DNA of 64,000 nucleotides, taken from IMG/VR virus record IMGVR_UViG_3300008116_000021; one strand, given 5' to 3'. Position 1 is the first letter of the stretch. Each line of letters begins with the position of its first letter. A model generated the notes under the pieces. The model worked only from the letters and a program-made list of their open reading frames with translations, was not told the DNA's origin and searched no databases. Below are positions 34,001 through 41,589 of this stretch, piece after piece. Source of the DNA: an uncultured virus (IMG/VR IMGVR_UViG_3300008116_000021). Its lineage: Duplodnaviria > Heunggongvirae > Uroviricota > Caudoviricetes. The position numbers and the translations under genes are program-made.

Positions 34001-35241
34001 TCTCCTTCATCAGTAAATGAGATATCGGATACTGGAACAAATTTTGATAAAACGCCAGTAATTCTTACTTCTACTTTTTTTGTTAGATCGCCATCTTCAT
34101 ATCCATACATAACCTCATCAAATCTAATATCTGATGCTGGTGATATTGCAGAAGTTATCCCACTACATCCCAAAAATTGATTAATTGTTTTATCAGTGTA
34201 GGTTATCGTATTTCCAGAACAGAATACTGTTCCTGATTTTGGAAACTCAACAGTTGAATCCACACTAATAACTTTTGCCCCTGCAGTAATATTTCCAATT
34301 ACTTTAGTTTTTCCTGGAACATTAAATGTTCCTTCAATAAGAGCATTTTCACTAAATCCTACAAATAATGAAAGTTTATAATATACTAGATTATTTTTTG
34401 ATATAATTTCAACTTCAGAGACAGATGCTTTTGTTGCTGAATCAGTTGACTTTCTGATGGTTTGACCAACTAGTTTTAGTGGATCTCCAGAAATTCTTTG
34501 CACAAGAAGAGTTTCTCTTCTAATGTACTCTGCAGATGATGGTTTGATTAAATATTTTTCTAAGTCTACAATTCTTGGAGTTACTCCATATAAAATATTA
34601 AAAAGTATTCTAAACGACTCTTTTGTACCTTTAGACGCATAGAAAGATCTAGCTTCTTTTATGAAGTTACTTACGTCTAGATTTTGGACAAATGTTAATT
34701 CTTCTAATCCAGGAGTAAGAGAATATTTTACCTTTTTATAAAATTCTTGTAAGAATAAAGCACTGAGATTTTTTACACTAGATCCATCTTCATGAGAAGC
34801 AGCTTCTGAAGTGGAAAAAACTAAGTCATTTCTTTCTAGTTCTTCATAATATGTTGTGATACCACTAAAACCACGAACACAACCAGTGAATGTATTTGTT
34901 GTAATTCCAGAATATGTGATAATTTCATCATCAATTTTTAATAGACCCCAATTTAACGGAAATCCTTTTGTACTTTCTACCGAAATTACATCAGATTCGC
35001 TTGTTATATCAGATTCTAGTGTAGTTTCACCACTAACTACTTCTGGAGTTAAGTTATCAAGTTTTAAATATTGATCTAAATTCTCGACAATATCAATTGA
35101 ACCTCCAGGAATTTCCTGAGAAATATAATATTGCTTTAAAAAATCAGCAGCTTTTGGAGATTCTGAAAGAATAAATTCTGGAAGTTGATTTTCTACAATT
35201 TGGTGAATTTTTACTCTCGTTTCAAATCCCGTTTTTATCAT
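22030..35241 (-). CDS. g7: Baseplate wedge initiator gp7, giant cyanophage form (4403 aa)
   Basis: QLPEFI...FLKQYY, FYASKGTKESFRILF, HSPIIGWALDGNPIYGPYG, DNDYYQSLSYTIKS; between g6 and g8. Confidence 0.85.
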   Translation of the reverse strand: MIKTGFETRVKIHQIVENQLPEFILSESPKAADFLKQYYISQEIPGGSIDIVENLDQYLKLDNLTPEVVSGETTLESDITSESDVISVESTKGFPLNWGLLKIDDEIITYSGITTNTFTGCVRGFSGITTYYEELERNDLVFSTSEAASHEDGSSVKNLSALFLQEFYKKVKYSLTPGLEELTFVQNLDVSNFIKEARSFYASKGTKESFRILFNILYGVTPRIVDLEKYLIKPSSAEYIRRETLLVQRISGDPLKLVGQTIRKSTDSATKASVSEVEIISKNNLVYYKLSLFVGFSENALIEGTFNVPGKTKVIGNITAGAKVISVDSTVEFPKSGTVFCSGNTITYTDKTINQFLGCSGITSAISPASDIRFDEVMYGYEDGDLTKKVEVRITGVLSKFVPVSDISFTDEGEIIYVKNLGEIIKNPDQFKTKKQIFSNTWIYNTSVRYQVKGISGSTFLLYSDIDKSSLKVGDTIEILRRNTQIVEYAGAIVSNINKSTKEILLNNLSGFNVDPLKEYDIRRNLNKATSSGAQIEYGNNVITSDVQNVYNENDEYMYVASNSLPSYPITTNLSSISLGEANGNRIQEYDPSSLKYSVLSFQSSVPFITGDEVYYKPENQSIPGLDEGLYYVRVLTESNKIKLYTSRSFIPSDDYIEFGTLDPGTGNHTFTLSFQNNLKIGPQKSLKKFPLFPDIQRSNRTKTEAETVGIMINGVEINSYKSNDRIYFGPLESINILNTGLNYDVINPPLIEVSSPGIGTTALIQPVVTGSVKEVFVDPQDFDIDDAVSVTITGGNGSGCILKPITSKRYRELDFSALPSSQGGGLDVILDDLSFIKDHNIKNGQALVYDKNGSPPVSIGTFAGSNDTTGIKTEYLENGSVYFAQVTGPKTVRLYRTEKDFNSGINTIGFTTASNIGFQKFRLLESANNVTRIDVLSSGEGYSNRKLRVFPSGISTSDNTINFVNHGFNDGETIVYSTNVGLGSTLPTIISGLSTAKQYQVIKLSDNKFRLADAGIGGTITSNYERKNYIKFQSKGTGYQVFQYPPISISVNVKYRDGISGIITATPIIRGVINDIYLYEKGTNYGSNILNLHKKPLITIKTGKDAQLKPYIKNGKIDSVQVLSGGREYYSTPDLVVSGEGTGAKLRAIIVNNAITEVRVINPGVNYLQDTTSITVKSAGSEVSLDPNVRSLRVNTFSRYGSDILKRSITNLKYCIVGYSTNIGSQYFGDTGSNHSPIIGWALDGNPIYGPYGYDNPQVNDSSVRLLNSSYVLNTNSITNRPSGFSAGFFIEDYVYNESGDLDESNGRFCKTPEFPLGTYAYFTTLKVNQTTNTIEPVFPYFLGDSFRSNLLDETYIINQDYNFKGTEIIRNTLPYNTSNQYSGSDFIVESNEIINQTSVVESVLRGSVDRLDIISAGDNYKIGDSAIFNNEDTSGSGASAQVSLIKGKEITNITTNTLKYQNVILIWKSENEVQGYISTTHTFNQSDNVYLSGISTSLKNVLGKNYKVGITTSQTFLYKAIPSTSIVGVITDIYVSSIPENMNVGDVVKVSGTETMTILNRFDDRKILRVTRNNSGFAHTLSAKVELVPTYFSLPISTPKFESKVNDIVYFNPVESVGVGTSVGFSTSVTYTIGIGELTGTTSIPIQSIRLPNHPFQTNQKVLIKKPPGEGSLFVQKTPNDSPTPILSSGDWEPFYVVKQSDDHIGIVTQVGLTTTTKGLFFANFGTNSFGYAVRSDFTQVTSDVNRVTTLVSLSTSHGLTNGDIINLDVKSNQAVGVGTSTSVRLRYDTIGQRILVNRITFSSSGINTIKDTITINRHGFTNGDKVYYRPVTTVASGLQTGDYYIYVLDENTFNFTETLYDNKIYPPSIVNINSVGGASHTIALVNPQLNIVRNNDIVFDVSDSTLDGYGLKFYYDSAFKNEFISVGNTANFVVSGVGTVGVSGDAKITLRYDTGMPQVFFYALEKSGFISTSDLDVTNASKINYIDSLYNGRYSVFDVAGNNFKISLTKIPESTSYTSTQCESCTYTTFSKTANGPIARLSLTSSGVSYKKLPVINGFNSVNGTGAQIYTASNTIGKIDQVRVIDPGFEYPSDVTLRPQALVPSTFFVLDTNIVKSIDITYGGRYYQSAPDLVLANSDGIAIDNGIITPTIGGSGIGKINIIEAPNGLNSSKHTLFATNNTNSFTISKVVYDRPTGIVTCTIQTPIAGYAQNVVNVGDKIFVEGVEKYETSGNGFNAIDNKFKFYDITAYRNTNPAELEFNLTGITTNAGIAVTTPTFASFVRYEDYPRFDVVTGATKFSIGEKILVFVNNEYIETDLVITEDRTTFIKAVGRYELEIGDLIIGSFSGTRAKVDSFINNNARFEINYSARQDLGWLDNVGKLNEDYQVLPDNDYYQSLSYTIKSPIEFEKLINPVNSLLHTVGLKNFSDTEVKSVSGAGVTVTPVESITTFDFINEDRVDTIYGFDLAVDNNVVQSRSKDIKLRNRKLSGYIECRTNNVLKIDDISSLFSNSRSSLNPYVETIFEDSFARFLIQIIDPATTDIQATEVIVVGGRPSDLVTFEKSSIFTTTNQPVDIEGNVNEYGDKTLRFYPANTTDIDYDIKILKTYFNADTAGIGTINVGFIDLAGSVDVATIGITTQIISTQSNKLESMYVTAEVYDKNNQQIKNIVELYITHDGTNTYQSDYFFDTIAIDNNSYTPIGTFTASLSGGIFALNYQNASYNGEVVVRSRVVGFGTTAVGVGTYRSILNGQIEGTERSFKFESDYVKVSAASTSIFKFDKTEVSTIKSLVRVSYGNTSALHQVLVANNNGNAVITQYPFVSIGSTSGIGTFGIDYSTSPAQLRFYRDPGITASLQISSFNEVIYTESDFSNNYPPIEYGKLRETMELLSYNAVNGSRSNKTSFKLTSDGVPIFSKKFSPSSSIFLNPVTGVFTIEKHFFNTGEKLIYTPGSTFIGIGSTAVGINTSITQAGFSTDILPSEVYAIRIDEDRFRLSTRKSDALAGIYVTFTSLGSGNAHELQMSTKLEKTLITIDGVVQYPLAYTPVNTPLQAGIGESTSVLSLGTIRDFIPDATIKVDDEIMRIINVGFATTSGAQITGFGTFTNIEVTRGYLGSIGTSHGIGSTVRVYSGTYNIDSGSIIYFTSAPTGKGTLEKNSNNVPYPRAVFGGRVYLRKDYSNNRIFDDISTSLSGVGRTYTATVSGLNTTGIQTGSAFLFLNGIFQTPTTANNPDNVYTFKQFDLPVSNIPNPELLPYDNIVQDYSQYAVGYAQSSYIVGTVGISSIIFSGITSSNGQNIISTDDVNQNQLPRGGVIISFGSTQGLGFAPLYPAQIGIVTNASGGISTIVAIGTYSAPTKVLGIVTGSYDNTTGIATFILNGAHNLRVGDPLGLSGLRFSCNSWTGISTFNVTGLVYNRTAGIATITVNGNHNLRAGKYVRLANIILSCPGNPIGYSTTRFPYPAGIGTLGNAYPQSSKNTLEGTYDVYRVIAGTAGTTIVLNVGVSTVNHVYVSGGTATVGVTTNIFPYPGAGPEGGIFRSLVGTGGSTIVVNGGISTIAHTYTGLGSCSVGIEWKDYNYGSGYYGGPVSIAITSPTGNSGVINAVVGAGGTLIFSIANAGTGYAATTTNINIREPSYENLPIVGVSRVGLGSTTDSGLNTLLTLKVGSNDNIAYDGVFYDAANLIESNIQLIAEVAVGRMLAFYPGFSVPNGNAECVDDIKSVLQTITHNLRFGGNDKVWDAANLYKTNPALLYGEEQQSIYAFNQARDMAIQAMRNEAINRGGYTNEIQIFDFTVIGDISGVPGVYSPSDCANVASAIGSFVGIITTTIATGIIPASKTVAPGSLFQVTEFDISRPGYAFRVGDVFKPVGLVTDARLASPISDFSITVLQTYSDQLASWELGEFDYIDSIKPLQNGVRKRFPLAFAGKLLSFETNDQDAESSLIKLENLLLIFINNVLQVPGESYEFTGGTSFTFTQAPEFEDSISIFFYNGTKESDSITIDVPETLKSGDSVKLSAFTGIASSKEQKDRTITLIAASDSIETNLYTGLGIDDDNFRELAWKKQKIDKVINGETIYKTRDSLESQIYPVARIIKDFTPASTELFVDDARFFNYEEDASATIIESVGGLIVYDTGYSTGSMTASINVTNTRVTGLTIVNAGSGYVGNTTTVSITRPRNLGVGIGTTATATVTITNGRLTTPITITNPGLGYTVAPKVLVPTPAPLKERVRNISVIEGFAGIITGISTTTGTGGHSLALKLNLKISSGDFSSLQVGYPICVTDTNVGRGVTSVDSGDASPVGVGTTFLNNIYYVHSITRAATNAEIITNIGSNSNITGLTTSGSFVGRFSWGKLSPIIRGSVAIGVTVSGLRVDSGLSTFPSIERRDYGLRSTGSLRKLLD

Positions 35242-35242
35242 T

Positions 35243-37150
35243 TTATCCCCTCTTTAGATCTCCGTTTGAATAGCTTGATGTTACCTTAAATCCAACACCA
35301 GATATTTGTTCACCAGATGTGATTGTATCCTTAACCATATTTATGGTGGAATTATCGATGTTAAAACTCAGATATAGGTCTTTCAATCCAATAACATCAT
35401 TAGACTCTGGATACGCCTGAACTTCGACTATATTATTTGCTTCAATTGTAGAAGAAATATTCAACGTGTTTAATAGAATTTCTCCTTTTATGTAATCAAC
35501 AGATCCTGCAGATTTTACTACAACTACAGGTGATCCAACATCATCAGATTCTTTAACGATCGAAATAACTCCCTTTCCACTGCCATCTAAATTACCAGTT
35601 GCATCTTTATTGGGAATATCGGTAAGGTAAACAATATCTGAAGATCCTATGATTGTAAATCCAGTGCTTTTAATATTGTATCCTTTTGGATCAATATGGA
35701 ATTGATTGCCGAAACATAATTCATATTGAGCATACTGATTAACGGATGCTCTCAAGTTTCTTCTCATTTTGACTTTTGTAATGTTTGAAGTTATTGCTTC
35801 ATCTACAGTGTCAATGAGTTTTACGACTTTACTATATCTGAATCTACCACCAAACTTATTCACATCAGATGATTGTGAATAAAGAGTAATCGAATTTAGA
35901 ATATTTGACTTTAAATTATCAATACTCGATACTTTTGATGGATTATAATAAACATAAGAATCAATCTCAACAAAGAGTACCTGGAGATCTACAATAGATT
36001 GATTGATTCCAGACAAACTATAGTTCTTTAACTTCGAAAGAATCTGCCTCTTATCAAAGTCGGAGATAAAGTCTCCATTTTTTGGTTTAATACTAATAAT
36101 TACATTTCCATATTGGGGTGGATCTAACTCCTCTCCACCAACAATAGAAACTGATTCTGTGTTTGGATATATTTCACGAACAATCGATTCATAATCTCTA
36201 GCAGTTACGGCACGATAATTTGAAGAGTATAGTCTAGGTGCAAAATATTTAATAGAGTCTACACTCTCAATATCACCACCATTAATCGAAGGTTGTGTGG
36301 TTGTAACATTTATTGAAGCAGATGGCAAAATCACTTCATTTGATGATCCAAGAAGTCTTCCAGAAAAATCAAAACTTCTGGCACCATTACCATCTGCACC
36401 ATCTGTAACAATATATGATGCGCTAATTACGGCATTGTTTTCTGGTTTTTTGCCGAAGATACCATCTCCAAACAATAGTTGATATCTTTCGTCCTTAATC
36501 TCTTGAATTAGATAAGTCTCAGATGTTGAATTGATATTTAAGATACTTGATGTTAAAGAATATTCTCTACCTTTTCCTAAATCCGCAACAGATTTTACAT
36601 AAACTGTAATTGTTGATGTGTCAATATATGCATTATCTAATACAAATTTTTGATCCAAAGATCCATCTACAAGGAATTGATTGACTAAGTATGATCCTTG
36701 ATAGATTGTGATGTCTTGGAAAGTCGCAACTCCATTGTTAATGGTCGTTGTTATTGATTCTGGAATCGAAAATAGATACGTCGTATCATTGATGCTTCCT
36801 ACACACACCAAGCCCGCCTCTAAGGTGCATGTCGGGGATGTGCTACTAGTTTGTACCTGAAATGAAACAATTGCCTTAGAAGCAGTCCTGGAGCGAGGTA
36901 CGTACCCAATGTTTCTCGCAAGCGCAACCACATTCTCTCTGAGAGTTGCAGAATCCAAGAAGGATTCATTCACAATCATATTAGAATTAAAAGCAGTTAC
37001 GTATGTGTTATACGCAAGAATATCAATCAGTACAGAAAGATTAGATCCATCAAAATCAAAATCAGTGAAATTTGAATTTGCCCTAATATAATCTTTAATG
37101 GATCTCTTTATGTCCTCATAATCTAGATTGGTGAATTGTGTAAAAGGCAT
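35243..37150 (-). CDS. g6: Baseplate wedge subunit gp6
   Basis: FTDFDFDGSNLSVLIDILAYNT, ESFLDSATLRENVV, RAVTARDYE. Confidence 0.95.
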   Translation of the reverse strand: MPFTQFTNLDYEDIKRSIKDYIRANSNFTDFDFDGSNLSVLIDILAYNTYVTAFNSNMIVNESFLDSATLRENVVALARNIGYVPRSRTASKAIVSFQVQTSSTSPTCTLEAGLVCVGSINDTTYLFSIPESITTTINNGVATFQDITIYQGSYLVNQFLVDGSLDQKFVLDNAYIDTSTITVYVKSVADLGKGREYSLTSSILNINSTSETYLIQEIKDERYQLLFGDGIFGKKPENNAVISASYIVTDGADGNGARSFDFSGRLLGSSNEVILPSASINVTTTQPSINGGDIESVDSIKYFAPRLYSSNYRAVTARDYESIVREIYPNTESVSIVGGEELDPPQYGNVIISIKPKNGDFISDFDKRQILSKLKNYSLSGINQSIVDLQVLFVEIDSYVYYNPSKVSSIDNLKSNILNSITLYSQSSDVNKFGGRFRYSKVVKLIDTVDEAITSNITKVKMRRNLRASVNQYAQYELCFGNQFHIDPKGYNIKSTGFTIIGSSDIVYLTDIPNKDATGNLDGSGKGVISIVKESDDVGSPVVVVKSAGSVDYIKGEILLNTLNISSTIEANNIVEVQAYPESNDVIGLKDLYLSFNIDNSTINMVKDTITSGEQISGVGFKVTSSYSNGDLKRG

Positions 37151-37151
37151 T

Positions 37152-37553
37152 TTACCTTGTGCTTTCTAAGATGAATCTAAATTGTTGCTGTGGAAAATCT
37201 TGCCCAATAATATCGTATTGAATTGCTATTTCAAAAGTATTTTCATTAGGTGAAGGAGTCACATATACTTTTACATTCTCAATTCTTTCCTCATATGTTT
37301 TCAATGCCGTCTTAATTTCTTCTTCAATTAGCAATGCAGAACCAACGTCAACAAAATCAAAAAGCAATTCGTTGACTCTTGAACCAAAATTTGGATTAAA
37401 GAACTTTTCGGAAGGTATTGTTTCAATAATATTTCTCACAGAACGCTTTATTGCAGATTCATTCTTCAAGATCTGTAAATCTTTGGTGACAGGATGAGGC
37501 TCAAAGGATAAACTAATATCCTTAAATGTTCTCGATATTCTCTCTACTGCCAT
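37152..37553 (-). CDS. g25: Baseplate wedge subunit gp25
   Basis: FKDISLSF, AIKRSVRNII, EKFFNPNFGS; upstream of g6. Confidence 0.93.
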   Translation of the reverse strand: MAVERISRTFKDISLSFEPHPVTKDLQILKNESAIKRSVRNIIETIPSEKFFNPNFGSRVNELLFDFVDVGSALLIEEEIKTALKTYEERIENVKVYVTPSPNENTFEIAIQYDIIGQDFPQQQFRFILESTR

Positions 37554-37585
37554 CGGAGACTAAGATTTTCTTCATTTATTTAGGA

Positions 37586-37828
37586 TCATTTCCATGGAGA
37601 TCCGTATGTTGGTTCTGTTCCATAGGTCCAATCATCATAGTCTTCATCATTACGAATTTTTTCATGCAGATCAGTTTGTTTCTTTAAATCATGCTTTGGT
37701 GCAGAATCGTGCATGACTTCCTGAATGATTCTTTTTGGTGGTGCCGAATCATAATCAGTGATCAATTTTGTGGTTCCCCACATCTCTCTCATGTAATTTG
37801 AATCTCTATCTATAGGTAGATTTGACAT
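37586..37828 (-). CDS. Hypothetical protein
   Basis: 80-aa ORF with GGAG RBS and late-promoter-like TTAAATA upstream. Confidence 0.65.
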   Translation of the reverse strand: MSNLPIDRDSNYMREMWGTTKLITDYDSAPPKRIIQEVMHDSAPKHDLKKQTDLHEKIRNDEDYDDWTYGTEPTYGSPWK

Positions 37829-37897
37829 TTTAGCTCCTGTTTTAATGAATAAAACAGAACTTTTATGAAGGAGGTTGCTATCTCCTTAAGTATTTAA

Positions 37898-38239
37898 CTA
37901 CCGATCAACTTCTCTAAGACGATAGTTATCAGAATTGAGATATTTTAGCATTTCTAAGGCAATGAGTCGAGGGTTTCCTTCCCCACAAGTATATACATCG
38001 ATTGCCAAACACCCATTTTCTGGCCAAGTATGACAAGAAACATGACTTTCCGAGAGTGCAATAACAACTGTGCACCCCTGTGGAACAAAACAATGGGCAA
38101 AAATGTTAAGAATTGTCATCTTTGCACGTTTAATACCACTCTCCATCGCTGCCTGGAGTGATATCGCATCGTTTAAAAGTGCAAAATCCACATCATACAC
38201 CTCTAAGAGCAGGTGTTTGCCCATTGAAAAATGTTCCAA
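37898..38239 (-). CDS. speD: S-adenosylmethionine decarboxylase proenzyme
   Basis: GKHLLLE, F.PQG.T, autocleavage SESH.S.HTWPE, IDVYTCG. Confidence 0.92.
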   Translation of the reverse strand: MEHFSMGKHLLLEVYDVDFALLNDAISLQAAMESGIKRAKMTILNIFAHCFVPQGCTVVIALSESHVSCHTWPENGCLAIDVYTCGEGNPRLIALEMLKYLNSDNYRLREVDR

Positions 38240-38260
38240 CTCAGTTTTTAATTAAAAAAT

Positions 38261-38716
38261 CTATTTATTTCTTATCTTTTGCACCAGTTCATAGTCTTTT
38301 TCTAAAATTTTCTTCAAATATTCATCATCCCACAGGTCATAATAACTAGTCTTTGCCAAAATTAGTCTCATTTTGGTTAAAAATTGAGAATTTTGGTACA
38401 AAACTAAGTTATACTTGGCATTATTCGTCTGAACGCCACTGATAAAACTATCCTCATCACGAAAATCATCAAAAAATTTGTATTTTGCATACTTTTGATT
38501 TAATTCTTCAATCTTTTGATACCCATAATCAATATCTAAGTCATCTTCAACCACAAAAATAACGACACCAAACTCTTCATCGAGAGGTTTGATGTCGTCT
38601 ATCGAGCAACTTACGATTTTATAAGTATTTGCCTTTGCGAATGGACAAATTGAATGACCTTTTAGATCTGGATGTGACGTTTGAATGTGTTTAATCCAAT
38701 CTTCAAGGTCTTTCAT
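38261..38716 (-). CDS. Hypothetical protein (CPFA motif)
   Basis: SICPFAK motif; YYDLW near the C-terminus. Confidence 0.6.
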   Translation of the reverse strand: MKDLEDWIKHIQTSHPDLKGHSICPFAKANTYKIVSCSIDDIKPLDEEFGVVIFVVEDDLDIDYGYQKIEELNQKYAKYKFFDDFRDEDSFISGVQTNNAKYNLVLYQNSQFLTKMRLILAKTSYYDLWDDEYLKKILEKDYELVQKIRNK

Positions 38717-38719
38717 AAA

Positions 38720-38866
38720 TTATTTTCCTTGCCCTCTATATTTCTTACGAGCCGAGTTACGCGAGGTAGCGGCATATTTTGTACCACCTCCGTCTCCTTG
38801 TCGAGACTTTTTCGGCGGACCAGGAATATAAGAACTTTTATTCAGACCAACCTTTGACTTTGCCAT
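38720..38866 (-). CDS. 48-aa basic protein (absent from ORF track)
   Basis: Hand translation MAKSKVGLNKSSYIPGPPKKSRQGDGGGTKYAATSRNSARKKYRGQGK. Confidence 0.65.
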   Translation of the reverse strand: MAKSKVGLNKSSYIPGPPKKSRQGDGGGTKYAATSRNSARKKYRGQGK

Positions 38867-39059
38867 TGTTTATAAGACTCCAGTGTTTTCCAATAATTTC
38901 AGTTTCAATTTCTCCAGGACTTGGAGAACCTGTCTGATAATACTGAATCGACAGATCCTCCATAATATCGAAGTATTCTTCCTCTGTGAGATGGGAATAA
39001 ATCTTACGCCCATTACAGAGTATGTTGTATCTTGTATCAGATGATTCTTGTTTTTTCAT
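38838..39059 (-). CDS. Hypothetical protein (start uncertain)
   Basis: MKKQESSDTRYNILCNGRKIYSHLTEEEYFDIMEDL portion of the 116-aa track ORF. Confidence 0.5.
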   Translation of the reverse strand: MKKQESSDTRYNILCNGRKIYSHLTEEEYFDIMEDLSIQYYQTGSPSPGEIETEIIGKHWSLINNGKVKGWSE

Positions 39060-39789
39060 GTCCAACACGAATGCGAGGATCGCACCAGATTTCGAAACCT
39101 GCTTCTTTTGCATCAAGGCAGAATGAAACATCTTCGCCACACATATCTTGAACTTCGCCACTCTCAAAGACTTGCATCTTTGGTGCAAACCAAGGATACT
39201 TCATTTCGGAATGCTCGAAGACACCTTTCTTGATTAGAAGCCAACCAAATCCAGTGTAGTCTACAGTAAATGGTTTACGACGCTTGGAAATACTTTCAGT
39301 AGTTTCGTGATTCATTACACCACCATTGCTACGGAAATCATCCTCTTCTAACCAGTGAGCAACAGATGTGGTCACTCCATCTTCCGTTGCATACCATCCA
39401 GCAGCAATATCTTTTTCCATCAGGACAAGTTGCCAGAACTTATCAGTATTGAAAACAATATCACTATCAATCCAAAGTTGCCAATCATAAGGCAGTTTTC
39501 CATCCCAGGGCACTTGATCAGGTCCACGGAGCACGTTAGCACCAAGACACTTACAACGTGCAAAATTAACCATCGAGGAATAATCTTGCGAAATTTGGAT
39601 GCTAGCACCAGCTTGCACCAGATCAAAGCACATCTGTACGAAGCTCTTTAAGTAGGTGTAAGAAACTCCACGTCCAGGGAGACAGAACACAATGGTTTTA
39701 CCTCTCACTAACTCTCTGGCTTTATCGTAGTCCCACTCTTGTTCAGTCGTCTGCGGGGCTTTTGCTTTTACAGTAAATCCTTTAGCCAT
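39037..39789 (-). CDS. GT-A-fold glycosyltransferase-like protein
   Basis: WIDSDIVF (DxD), TGFGWLLIK, GEDVSFC, RVGHEK. Confidence 0.75.
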   Translation of the reverse strand: MAKGFTVKAKAPQTTEQEWDYDKARELVRGKTIVFCLPGRGVSYTYLKSFVQMCFDLVQAGASIQISQDYSSMVNFARCKCLGANVLRGPDQVPWDGKLPYDWQLWIDSDIVFNTDKFWQLVLMEKDIAAGWYATEDGVTTSVAHWLEEDDFRSNGGVMNHETTESISKRRKPFTVDYTGFGWLLIKKGVFEHSEMKYPWFAPKMQVFESGEVQDMCGEDVSFCLDAKEAGFEIWCDPRIRVGHEKTRII

Positions 39790-39836
39790 AATAGAATGCG
39801 TTTACTTCAGTATCATACCTTATTATGTATGAGATG

Positions 39837-40010
39837 TCAATTCGTTCGTTCTGTGATGATTACCTCATTCCCATCTAGGGCAATCCGTACTTCCGTATCT
39901 TCATACCATTCGAGTTCATTGATCATCTCTTCAGGTATCGTTATAAAGTACTCCCCCGTAATTGGATCAACCTGTACGGGCACAAATTTATCTCCGGAAT
40001 TTTTTCTCAT
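39837..40010 (-). CDS. AbrB/MazE-type DNA-binding protein
   Basis: YFITIPEEMINELEWYEDTEVRI pattern; start at ATG 40010. Confidence 0.7.
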   Translation of the reverse strand: MRKNSGDKFVPVQVDPITGEYFITIPEEMINELEWYEDTEVRIALDGNEVIITERTN

Positions 40011-40123
40011 ACTATGAAACTTATTTTTAATCTTATATATGGGAAAAAAATTTTTAAGTTGGGCGGAACATTTAGATCGCTTTCGTAACACTTTGTAGGT
40101 TACAGGGACCCATCGTTTTTATA

Positions 40124-40165
40124 CGGCGGCGCCCCGCCCGAACGGGGGCGGCGGGGGCGCTGCTG
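40124..40165. other. GC-rich hairpin at the structural/early module boundary
   Basis: CGGCGGCGCCCC...GGGGCGCTGCTG pairs fully if G-U is allowed (+ strand). Confidence 0.55.
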
Positions 40166-40186
40166 CTGCACGAACGCATGAGGGCG

Positions 40187-40384
40187 TCACCCCTGCTGTG
40201 TGACCCACCCGCTGACGGGGCACGGGGTCACATCGGCACGGAAGGTATCCTCAAACTGGGCAGACCACACGGCGGCGGGGTGACCCATGGGAGGGGTTAG
40301 GCGGTTAAAGTTGGTGCCGTCGTTGCGGTAGGCGACCCATTCGGTCTGGCGGTCGGCAAGGCGGGTGGCGGGGGAGAGGCGCAT
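40187..40384 (-). CDS. Early hypothetical protein
   Basis: 65 aa; TGTAGAAT -10 and degenerate inverted repeat upstream. Confidence 0.55.
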   Translation of the reverse strand: MRLSPATRLADRQTEWVAYRNDGTNFNRLTPPMGHPAAVWSAQFEDTFRADVTPCPVSGWVTQQG

Positions 40385-40455
40385 CGGGTGGGTTGCTGTT
40401 GAGAGAATTCTACAGGGTCAGGAAGGGGGCAGGGTGCCCCCTGTGTGACAGCGCC

Positions 40456-40638
40456 TCAATCGGCATAGGAGAGCAGGAAGTCCTCCAGAAATTCCCGGGC
40501 ATCGTCCCCGCTCATCTGGGAGATCATTTCACGGGCGATCGTCTCCCAGGAGAACACGTCTGCCAGGTCGGTGATGGCAGCACGGGCATCACGGGCGCTC
40601 ATGGTACGGCGATCGAGCATGGCGTAGGTCAGAGGCAT
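40456..40638 (-). CDS. Early hypothetical acidic protein
   Basis: MPLTYAMLDRR...EFLEDFLLSYAD; start just downstream of TAGAAT -10. Confidence 0.6.
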   Translation of the reverse strand: MPLTYAMLDRRTMSARDARAAITDLADVFSWETIAREMISQMSGDDAREFLEDFLLSYAD

Positions 40639-40719
40639 GGGGTCAGGTCGTTTGATCTGAAAGAATTCTACAGGCAACCCCCCGCCGAATCGGTGAGGGG
40701 TGTGCCACCTGTCAGAGTG

Positions 40720-40857
40720 TCACCAGATGATGGGGTTCCCCTGCAGATCGGTTACAGTGCCCGCCTGTTCATCTTGGGCAATTGATTCAAGAATCCGCAG
40801 GATTTGCTCTCCATTGTTACCTTTCTTCAGGAGAGAGATTGCCAGGGATTGAGTCAT
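40720..40857 (-). CDS. Early hypothetical protein
   Basis: MTQSLAISLLKKGNNGEQILRILESIA... Confidence 0.5.
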   Translation of the reverse strand: MTQSLAISLLKKGNNGEQILRILESIAQDEQAGTVTDLQGNPIIW

Positions 40858-41025
40858 GATAAAAAAGGAAAGTGTACGGGTGGCAGTCTTTAAAGGCGCT
40901 GCCATTCCTGGGGGATTAAAACTTAGGGGTCAGAACCTTAAAGATAACGACCTTACGATTGAAGGGGTGGAGAGTGTAGTTTAGGAGGCGGAGCATTTGT
41001 GAAAAGAAAGGGGTGGACAGAAAGT

Positions 41026-41343
41026 TCAGTTCAGACGCATTCCAGAAAAGAAAGGAATTGTGCCGAACTGAGAGGAAGAAAAGAACCAATCAAAGTTCTT
41101 TTGAAATACACGTTCGTCACCAATTCCGTGTGCAGAAAGAATAGCATTCAGACGGGATTTGGTGGTGTTGGTTTGATGTCCACCATCGAAAAGTTCAATC
41201 CAAGTCTCACCAATTCGGGCGATCAGATTGCCGTGCAGAAAGACATCAGTAACGTTAGAACATGAGATGACTTCAGTGTTTGCCAGTTTGAAATCTTTGC
41301 CAGCGGTGATAGCGGCATTCATCAGACGTTCGATCTTACGCAT
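41026..41343 (-). CDS. Early hypothetical protein
   Basis: VFLHGNLIA...TTKSRLNA; own promoter cassette. Confidence 0.75.
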   Translation of the reverse strand: MRKIERLMNAAITAGKDFKLANTEVISCSNVTDVFLHGNLIARIGETWIELFDGGHQTNTTKSRLNAILSAHGIGDERVFQKNFDWFFSSSQFGTIPFFSGMRLN

Positions 41344-41427
41344 GGTTGGGGTCGGTTGGTTGACTTGAGAGAATAGTAGAACGGATGGGGGGTGGAATCA
41401 ACTCCCCATGTGACACTTCGGGGACTG

Positions 41428-41589
41428 TCACATCCCGTCAGTGTAGTCTCCGATGATCATGCCATTCTGGCGGACCTGGGCGTACCCGTACTCTTCAGAG
41501 AGGGAGAGGCACAGATCCCAGGCACGATCCTCATCGGTGGTGGTGTTCTCCCAGGGAGCGGAGGGGCAGATCACGTCCAGGCGTTGCAT
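41428..41589 (-). CDS. 53-aa early protein (absent from ORF track)
   Basis: Hand translation MQRLDVICPSAPWENTTTDEDRAWDLCLSLSEEYGYAQVRQNGMIIGDYTDGM; TAGACT -10 and repeat upstream. Confidence 0.65.
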   Translation of the reverse strand: MQRLDVICPSAPWENTTTDEDRAWDLCLSLSEEYGYAQVRQNGMIIGDYTDGM

